Source: Octopus bimaculoides (Eukaryota). Taken from it: a DNA stretch of 32,922 nt. The notes under the pieces were generated by a model. It was not told the DNA's origin. It made no database searches and was given only the letters and a program-made list of their open reading frames with translations. Of this stretch, positions 23,195 through 32,922 are shown in pieces (position 1 is the stretch's first letter; each line of letters starts with the position of its first letter). A program made the translations under genes and the position numbers. The stretch lies in NCBI RefSeq assembly GCF_001194135.2, contig NC_068981.1, positions 69,965,560 through 69,998,481 on the forward strand. The letters are read 5' to 3'.

Positions 23195-23870
23195 GTGTGT
23201 GTGTGCGTGTGTGTCTGTGTGTGCGTGTGTGTGCGCGTGTGTGTGTGCGTATGTGTATATATACTGAGTGTTAAATAAGAGATATTTATCCAAACTTACA
23301 CCGATTTAACTTCGTATCAATTAACGATACTGGGAATTCCACAGGTGTATATGTTCTAGTGCTTATCGTTGGTTGTTCTCCGATAATTAGTACCTTACAC
23401 TCTTGAAGTCACAGTTTTCGCTATAGATGTTTTCAGCATTTCGGCATAAGAAAAAAAATTAACGACGCGAAGAAAATGGAGAATGTGTACATATAATAAT
23501 GAATATATTTATTATAATAATAATTAATTCATGTTGCCTACGCGCGATTCGGTTCTAATTACTTAAATCCATGTTATGCAATTTAATTGTATAATATGAA
23601 TTTAAGTAATTAAGACCGAAATGTGTGTAAGCATTGGAGATGATTAGTCAAAGCTTAATTGTGAATATAATGTTCATGTTTTATGTCATCTCGTCAAAGT
23701 ACTTTATATTCTCTGGCATTCGATCCATTGAATTCAGAAAACGTTTGAAAGCTTCATTACATTTCAAAGCAAATTGTCCCCAAATAAGGTTTTTGAAGCA
23801 ATTTTAAATTGAAAATACAAAGTTTATAATTGTGCATTTCTGAATATATAATTCTTGGCATATATTATTA

Positions 23871-23874
<4 letters not shown>

Positions 23875-23938
<64 letters not shown>
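23875..23938 (+). repeat. (CT)n microsatellite, followed by imperfect (TG)n to ~24000
   Basis: Read directly. Confidence 0.97.
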
Positions 23939-23942
<4 letters not shown>

Positions 23943-24900
23943 CACATGTGTGTGCTTGAACGTGTGTGTGTGCGTGTGTACACTATTTGTGTGTGTGTGT
24001 ACTTTGACAGAAAGAGATGCAGAGAGGGAGGAAGATGACTGAAGCACAAGCTGATGAAAAATGAGTTCCATAGCTATACTTGAGCTCAATTAGAAAATCT
24101 GAAATTTGATACGAACTGAAATGTTGTAGATAATTGATATTGAAATTTGATGAATTTGAAGATAAATAATTTAATATTGTACAGCTTTTGCAATGAAAGA
24201 CAGTAATTCATTGACGTATTTGTCCGGTTTGGCTATCCAAATGTAAGGGAAATATTCGGCTAATACACTCTGACAATACAGTACATTCCGTAAAGTGAAA
24301 AATAACCACACTGATCAGCCAGTGGTCTCCGCTAGAATGAGGGTGAAGCATTTCCTATCAAAGTACGACTTTTTCATTCAAACTAAAAATATCAGAAACT
24401 ATTCATCTTTACCTCAAACGAATTACCAAATTGTGGGTTGCTAATGATCTCTTTAGTCCGCAACTGATTTGGCAGTAACAAACAAATAATTCTCTGGTGT
24501 GCAGCATTGGGAATAACTATTATGTCGAATTGCATTCAATAATTAAAAAGCTTAAGAAGTTTAGCGCACCTCTGTCACTGAATGGTATAGAAATCTAATA
24601 TTCGAAGTATTAAGTTCTTCCAACTAATTTAGTATCTAGTAACTAAATGGCAATTGTAATATACTATGATAGTTCAAGAATCTAAATGCACGAATAACAA
24701 TTTTGACGATGGCTACGTCACTTTAAATAGCAGTTGGAATGCAAACGTGTGTAACATTATTCTCTCGGCTATTTCAAAATTAAAGTCACAAAGAAACAAT
24801 TATAAAATATTTCAAGCGAACACAGCAACCAATCAGCGAAGAGAATCACAGAAGTATACATCTTGTATGCCACTTAATGTTAATATGTGCATTATATTAA

Positions 24901-25085
24901 GGCGGTTACCTGGCAGAATCATTAGCACACCAGACAGAATGCTCTCAGACTTTAAATTCGGCTGAGGTGTTGCTTTCGATCACGTCAGGCTGGATAAAAT
25001 GAATATCAGTTGAACACTGAAGTCGGTATAACCGACCTAACACTCCCCTAAAATTGCTGTTCCTATGCCAACATTTGAAATCAAT
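24901..25085 (+). mobile_element. tRNA-derived SINE, old full-length copy
   Basis: A-box-like TGGCAGAATCA (24911-24921), decayed B-box ACTTTAAATTCG, GCTGAGGT core, and 3' ATGCCAACATTTGAAATCAAT similar to the 13108 end. Confidence 0.75.
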
Positions 25086-25906
25086 ATGTATATTATATTC
25101 TTTTCTGAAACAAAATAGAAATTTTTATTTATTTTAGATTCACTCTACTTACATATAAAGTATTCTTTCTTACATTTAGTTTCATAGTTGATAACTTATC
25201 GTAACTTTTTGTACTTATAACTCGAATGACTCTCTACATGTAAGAACATCGTGTATAATTTCATAACTGTGATACAATCTTATTTTGATGCAATATCGGA
25301 GTCTTGTGCATACATGCTAATAATACATAAATTATAGGCAGCGAAAACTGTGTAAATGATATGGTTTTGTCGCTTTAGTATTCAATATAGGATAGTTGCT
25401 TTGAATCACATAGAAATGAAATATCTCGTCTAAAAATGTACATCAATACTTCTACTATTAAAGAATGTTTGCCATAAACTTTTCTGAATTACACATAATT
25501 TCTTACGTAAATCTTCTAGAATATTTGTCATTAAATCTAAATGGTATCTAATCGGCTTTTTGCAACAGTGTATGTCTCAGTACTTTAATATACGATGTAA
25601 AACTACGCAGATATGTACCTCAGGCTGTCTTTCCATACGTTCATGTAACCGACTTATTTTGTTTTAATCATTGCATAATAGCTGTCTAAATTGCAAAGCC
25701 TAGCACAGCTAGTGTCAATTCAAAATAGCAATGACCAGAGAGCACAGGATTTACTACTGAATATTCACTGCACAATGGATGCATATATGTCATTTCATAC
25801 ACCCATTATATAACCAGTGTGACAATAAAAAGTGTTTGTTCCTAAAATGTATCCTGTATATATTCTGTATCTTACGAGTATTTCTGTAAGAGAATTGACC
25901 AATTTG

Positions 25907-25943
<37 letters not shown>

Positions 25944-26193
25944 NNNNNNNNNNNNNNNNNNNNNNNNNNNNNNNNNNNNNNNNNNNNNNNNNNNNNNNNN
26001 NNNNNNNNNNNNNNNNNNNNNNNNNNNNNNNNNNNNNNNNNNNNNNNNNNNNNNNNNNNNNNNNNNNNNNNNNNNNNNNNNNNNNNNNNNNNNNNNNNNN
26101 NNNNNNNNNNNNNNNNNNNNNNNNNNNNNNNNNNNNNNNNNNNNNNNNNNNNNNNNNNNNNNNNNNNNNNNNNNNNNNNNNNNNNNNNNNNNN

Positions 26194-26241
<48 letters not shown>

Positions 26242-27252
26242 CGCATGCATATCTGGAGTGCCTGTAAGCGTGTATAAACGCACACAAATGTGTAATATTT
26301 GTATGTGTGTGTGTGTAAGTGCGTGTGTATAAAGTATACAGAAAACTTTATCTAAAATATCCTTTTCGCATTCAATGGCTTTTTCAGCAATATACTATAA
26401 AATCTCGTACCTTTCACACATTGTAACATCGATTTCTTCCAATGGTGTTGCAGTCAATTGTTTTACGATAAATGTTATTTTAATGTCCTAGATTTTGTTC
26501 CACAGACAAATTGCATACATGGAGAGAAACCTAGGAATATTAGAGATAAATATGCATGTAACTTTCAGTTTGTCAGATGACATTTGATTTCATTCCGATA
26601 CATTCATTCGACACCTAACCATCATTTCCAAAACACAATTGTCCTGCCATTGTTTCCTTTTTATTCTGTTTTCTGTTTACCGACTCATTATTTTCTAGAA
26701 TGAAAACCTTTCTTTGTTAGAGAACAATTAACAAGGCATTCAACTCCCTATTTTTCAACAATTTTCACTTCTTTTAAGGCGACCCTGGAGGGAGGATCAG
26801 GTTTTCTGCTTTATGCCTCATAAGCTGTGATGCAGATTTTATCCAATTACTGCATTCTCTTTGTCATTTTGAGAGCAATTTGTCAATGTTTAAAATTAGT
26901 TTAAACGGTATACATAATGTCGTTGCATCATCTCTGGAATAGTCGAGCACCTACCCTACCAGGATACATATTGCATTTGTTTTTCATTGCAACAGATGCG
27001 TTGTTATTTGTCGAAAATTCGTAAAGCATGCAATATCTAATATGATAGTCCTTAAAATAAAAGATTTTTATGGATTGTCTGAAACTAAAAATAAAACAAT
27101 ATCAAACTCAAATATAACTTAATATGGTATTGGGTTAAATCACACTTCATTTCAACGTGAGCAAGTGTCTATTTATATCATATCAGGCTGACCAAACGCT
27201 AGTCAGTGGATTTCTTAGACGGAAACTGAAAGCTCGTATTGTACAGATACTC

Positions 27253-27380
27253 ACACATGTATGTGAGTAATGCATGCATGTATGTATGTATGTATGTATG
27301 TATGTGTGTATGTATGCATGCATGCATGTATGTATATATATATGTATTTATGTATGTATGTATAATATTTATATATGTAT
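27253..27380 (+). repeat. Imperfect (TATG)n microsatellite
   Basis: Read directly. Confidence 0.9.
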
Positions 27381-28135
27381 AACAGATTTTTAAAATAATT
27401 CTGGATCGAATTCTTGAATTACACACATTAATGCAGTTTACCAACGTGGCTGCAGTCCAATGGCAGAAGCAAAGAAAATTTGAAAGATAGTATGCCCTCA
27501 GCACTTGGCTGCTAAGTTAAATTCAGCTAAGATGTATCAAAGAGGAACCTTAACACTGGTAATTTATTAGTTACATAACAACAAGCTTCTCGCTTTAAAA
27601 TGTAGTAGGATTGCATTTAGGTGTCGCAATTTGTAGTGTGAATATGAATGCAAGTATATATATTAGGAGGTTTGGCGGTGATGTACAGGTATTATATATT
27701 AGAAAAAAGTAAAGTACTCAGAGATCTCGATGGACGTAGATTTACAGATTTTTATTAATATGTTGTAAGATCAGTGACTGATTGTTGCTTAGTTTTGTAT
27801 ATATTGTGAGCTGGAGTGAATTACTGCAATCTCTAGTGCACATGTGTTCACCACTGACGATGAGCGCAAATAGCCCAAAAATGTACAGTCTGGTCATTCG
27901 GTCGTCTGCTAGAAGATGATAGAGGTCCACTCCTTGTGCTTGCAATATATATCGGGTGCAGATAGCATCAATAAACAGCTGAAGGAGGTTCCTCATGGGG
28001 TTAAAAACGGTAGTAACGTCGATTCCCACAGGAGAGCCATATTCATGTGGCAATAAACATTACTTTTCAGTATGGTTAATAGTTTAATCTTTTACAGAGT
28101 TTTTTCTAACTAGCTATTATTCACACACACACACA

Positions 28136-28181
<46 letters not shown>

Positions 28182-31100
28182 NNNNNNNNNNNNNNNNNNN
28201 NNNNNNNNNNNNNNNNNNNNNNNNNNNNNNNNNNNNNNNNNNNNNNNNNNNNNNNNNNNNNNNNNNNNNNNNNNNNNNNNNNNNNNNNNNNNNNNNNNNN
28301 NNNNNNNNNNNNNNNNNNNNNNNNNNNNNNNNNNNNNNNNNNNNNNNNNNNNNNNNNNNNNNNNNNNNNNNNNNNNNNNNNNNNNNNNNNNNNNNNNNNN
28401 NNNNNNNNNNNNNNNNNNNNNNNNNNNNNNNNNNNNNNNNNNNNNNNNNNNNNNNNNNNNNNNNNNNNNNNNNNNNNNNNNNNNNNNNNNNNNNNNNNNN
28501 NNNNNNNNNNNNNNNNNNNNNNNNNNNNNNNNNNNNNNNNNNNNNNNNNNNNNNNNNNNNNNNNNNNNNNNNNNNNNNNNNNNNNNNNNNNNNNNNNNNN
28601 NNNNNNNNNNNNNNNNNNNNNNNNNNNNNNNNNNNNNNNNNNNNNNNNNNNNNNNNNNNNNNNNNNNNNNNNNNNNNNNNNNNNNNNNNNNNNNNNNNNN
28701 NNNNNNNNNNNNNNNNNNNNNNNNNNNNNNNNNNNNNNNNNNNNNNNNNNNNNNNNNNNNNNNNNNNNNNNNNNNNNNNNNNNNNNNNNNNNNNNNNNNN
28801 NNNNNNNNNNNNNNNNNNNNNNNNNNNNNNNNNNNNNNNNNNNNNNNNNNNNNNNNNNNNNNNNNNNNNNNNNNNNNNNNNNNNNNNNNNNNNNNNNNNN
28901 NNNNNNNNNNNNNNNNNNNNNNNNNNNNNNNNNNNNNNNNNNNNNNNNNNNNNNNNNNNNNNNNNNNNNNNNNNNNNNNNNNNNNNNNNNNNNNNNNNNN
29001 NNNNNNNNNNNNNNNNNNNNNNNNNNNNNNNNNNNNNNNNNNNNNNNNNNNNNNNNNNNNNNNNNNNNNNNNNNNNNNNNNNNNNNNNNNNNNNNNNNNN
29101 NNNNNNNNNNNNATATATATATATGATTGATAAAAAGCTAAGTCGTGGCTACCCCAACATAAACCATTTGTTCATCGAATACTTGTAAATATGAAAATCA
29201 CAGAAGTTGGCACGTTTCATCGTTGATCTAAACACGAGAGCTGGGATGAGAATGGATTCATAATTCGCTACTGACTCAAAAGACTTAAACGATATTCTGT
29301 GGTGCTCAATCCAGTGTTTTTTCTATTTATATATTTTCTCAGTTTTACCTACCTCTCGTCCTCACTACAGTGTGAAACTATTTTACCGTATGGAATACAC
29401 CTGTAGGTTAATCTCGCGTATGCACGGCTTACCTAAAAGAGAATATGAGTGTAAATTTTGAATTTTCCATAGCTTATTTTGATGTTCTGATTTGAATTAG
29501 TGTTCAGTCATTCCCAGTTAGTCATCAATACGTCTACGTCTATGCCTCATTTGCATACACATGCGCACATGCACAAAGCTTTCGACATATATCTCTGAAC
29601 ATTAAAATATCTTAATATTTACTGCATTAAATTTACTTAGATTTTCAAATACATTACACTTTCGAAACAACCGTATACTCTTTTACAATTGTTTAGATAA
29701 CGGTGTAATATAAAATTTAGTGATTCTAATTGCCAACTATATCTCATTTGTATCTTCTATTTTAAATGTTACGCATCTATTTCAAACGCCATTTTACTCT
29801 TTAAGGCATATACATCTAAACTATACATCATTACTTATTATACATATTATACATAATAAACGATTCCAGCCAAATATCTCGAATGCATAAACCTTTTTTG
29901 ACTACACGCTTTTAGTCAGGGACAAAAATCACGATAATACACGTAACGAACAAAAGCAGTAAGATATTAAGATTGGAAGATCAAATAGATATCCGAAATA
30001 ATTAAATGAATATAAATTTTTCGAGTTATATACGAAATGTATTTAAAGCCTAGCTTCATTTTCAAATTAAATAAATTAGTGAATTATATTTTATTATTCT
30101 AAATCATTAGAGCTGAATAAATTGTAATATCGCTTCTGAAGGTTACATTTTACAGAACTAAACATATTTTTACTTTTCGCTCTGAATTTATATCGGGATA
30201 TCCTACTTCATCTCGCGTAACTCGATATACGTTCAACAACATATGGTCATAATACAGTCAACTCTAATAATGTTTATCTGAAGTCATGTATAAATAGGGC
30301 AACAACAATCTGTTTCAGATAGTTTTTTCATGCTAACAGTTCACACAAATACTTAGTTTATGTTGGGTATTAAATGTTTTAATGCACCGCAGTATATGTA
30401 ACATTTTCAGATTGAATTTGATGTTGACACTGTAATACATGCGATGTAAAGTTTTGAGAGGTAAGGTATAGTATGAATATATGTTTCTAGAGATTCTAAA
30501 TAGAAACATTATTTACTATGCGGAAGGAAGATGATTTGGGATTGTAAATAGGACGAAACGGGAGATTCGTTCTGACGTCCGATAGCATCGCATATGATAT
30601 TTTTTTCACTCGCAGATCAATTCCTACCAAATCTATTGTTGATACCCATCCTTCGAGTTCAATAAATACGGAACCATTCCAGGGCAGTGGAAGTATTTGG
30701 ATTGTCTGACGAGATGCGCCTTTGTGTCCGTTTTAATCAGATTCTAACGGTAATTACCTTTCTCTTTGACATTAACAATTTCAAATTTGAAGAATTGTTG
30801 GTCCACCATAAATAAATTACATAACAAACTTGCTTTGAATTGCAGTTTGGAAAGGAAAACAGTCTTACACATTGCATGGAGATTCAAAGAGTATGTAAGT
30901 TTTAGTAACACGGAAAACCTACAATATAGTTGAGATGTTTAAATACAAACACAATAAACAAATAAGTTTATTTCGTACATTCAGGGGTAGAATATATAAA
31001 ATAATCTAGATGATGCATCTACCCTCCTATTGGTGAATACCATCTTCTAGGTATTTCAGATTTTTCAGCTTTAAATATTGAATTCAATAACGGATAGTCA

Positions 31101-31421
31101 TTTCCTGTGCCTGACTAACTATGCTAAGTAATGTGTAACATTTGCCTACTTGGCAGACAGTATTCAGTTGACGATAAGCTATTCAGTTGTTTCTTTTTCA
31201 GAAAAAGACTGACTTCTGACTTCTGTTTGAATACTTGCTACTCTCACACCTCATTTTTATTAGCACAACATACCCACCATATATGGCAATAGCTTTCATG
31301 ATATCAATGAGTATTTAGCTTTCTCCTTCTTTTCTTGCTCGCCCTCGATCATGCACAGCAGTTGTTGATTTCCCATCTTTTTCAATATCGTTTACCGCTA
31401 TGGCCGATGGTTGTGGTCTCT

Positions 31422-31451
31422 GATTGTCGATTGTCGATTGTCGATTGTCGA
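31422..31451 (+). repeat. (GATTGTC)4 heptamer tandem repeat
   Basis: Four perfect units plus GA. Confidence 0.95.
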
Positions 31452-31509
31452 GGTAGGAACAATGTTTCTGTGTCTCATCTGTTTTTTACTTCAATTTTGT
31501 CAGATCAGA

Positions 31510-31810
31510 ATGTCTTTAGATGCCTCTACTCCCAAATATCTAGCTGCAACGCTTTCTATAGAAAACTTGGACCATAAGTCACATCTTTCTTTATGTGTCA
31601 ACGACGTGGAACTGTCCTGGAATAGGCCTCATCTCTTATTAGCTATTATGAATTGAACATCCATGTTGATAACACCCAAACTTATGGAATTTCTAGTAAA
31701 TCTGATGCTCATCAATAAAATGTCTCTAATCTGTGATAAATGTAAATGGGAGCAAGAGACAAAACTTATCATGGACAACTTAGCCCTGTTACTTAAATAC
31801 CCAATGTTTG
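31510..31810 (-). mobile_element. Old CR1/L2/Jockey-type LINE RT remnant
   Basis: Correct order: GYLSNR (cf. SYLSNR), SQIR..HFIDEHQIY (cf. RLFADDT.IY), SIESVAARYLGV (KYLGV). Confidence 0.35.
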
Positions 31811-32878
31811 TAACTTGGTTTGGGTTTATTGAAAGTAGTTTCAGGCATTAGCGTAGCCTGCATATGCAGTCCAACGTGAGGCTGGAAACCAGACTAATTA
31901 CTTTGGAGTGCTTCTCAATAATGATTTATAAACTATGGATATTAGTCTCGATGTTGTGTAGAAAAATGGGGTGTCATAACTCACTGTATATATTTTCTTT
32001 CACATTTTTTTCAATTCCGCATCAAAATGTCGGGTAAACAACTAGAAGTCGTATCTCAAAAGATAAGACGGAAAACGGAAATGATAGAATAGCACACACA
32101 AAAAAGGAAAGCTATACACAAAAGATATTGCGTTCCAAAAATAAAACGTGTTATATATCTAAAATACAAGTAAAAACATTCTGTATAAGAACACAAAAAA
32201 AACAGTACAAAATCAAATGTCACAGAATAAACGCTTACCCCCAAAATAAAAATAAATATGAAACGTTAAAATACATTTTTAATACTGAAAGAAATTATTT
32301 CGAACAATTCAACAAAAAATTTGAACGATCGTGGTAATGAGAGTAAAACCTGCACACGCATGCAAAAACCATAATATAATGGTAATAGAATTAGTGTTAA
32401 TGCAGTTCGATTTCTCTATGTTTTAGATTTAATGTTACCAGAAAATAATATTGCGTGAACCGTGCAAGATTAAACGTCGTCACTTTCTTGCATTTGTTGA
32501 CACAATTTAGTATCAAAACCTGTAACTTTTGCGATGGGGAAAATCTGAAATGAGAAAAAATATAATATTCTCTGCCGGTATCAACTGTCCTATAGGTAGA
32601 GTTTAATGTGTTTGATAAGGCCATCTGCCACAAGAAATAGCAAATCGTATATTTCGAGTATTTTCTCAAGGTTGTACATTGTTGAAGAGAAGGAAATTGA
32701 TATTGTGTCTTTAAATTAGGAATCAATTTGTTTTATCATATCTAAAGTCAGGTAAAGACTTTCCCATTCTTCCTTACACAATGAGAGATCGGAAACATTA
32801 GATTCTCCTTTTCTCAAATACATTGTCTCATCTTCCTCTTCTATCGTGTAAATAGATGTGTAACAGAGAGTTTTGGTT

Positions 32879-32922
<44 letters not shown>

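Noticed and set aside
22250-23293. Long ORFs spanning N-gaps (also 748-1503, 14395-14823, 20182-20799, 25795-26332)
   Set aside because: They are open only because N codons and CA/TG/AT repeats contain no stops.
27742-28053. 103-aa minus-strand ORF of ordinary composition, considered as a host exon
   Set aside because: No recognisable domain and no convincing splice sites. The plus-strand AG...GT candidate has stops in all three frames, and the plus strand faintly resembles a decayed LINE endonuclease. A BLASTX hit or spliced RNA-seq reads would reopen it.
30551-30580. GGAC-GAAA-CG...CG-UU-CUGA-C-GUCC, resembling a permuted type-II hammerhead
   Set aside because: Stem I is absent and CUGANGA is incomplete, so it is best read as a chance hairpin.

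Overview
AT-rich, microsatellite-dense animal genomic DNA with eight assembly gaps; the repeat landscape suggests a cephalopod (Octopus-like), which is an inference. No intact host gene, tRNA, rRNA or CRISPR array is supported, and the window reads as intergenic or deep-intronic. It is mostly decayed transposable elements: a Tigger/pogo derivative, a mariner 3' half, Penelope-like element (PLE) pieces, an RTE LINE, an R4/Dong-type LINE end, tRNA-derived SINEs, a probable non-autonomous Helitron end and very old LINE traces. The most interesting signals are (1) minimal type-I hammerhead ribozyme motifs on the minus strand, one canonical and two independent copies sharing a non-canonical U at core position 6, and (2) a nest of elements inserted into (TAA)n arrays, including an unassigned ~556-bp element with a strand-specific RNA hairpin. 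Most ORFs in the supplied track are artefacts of microsatellites or N-gaps. All family assignments come from motif recognition by eye, not from database searches.
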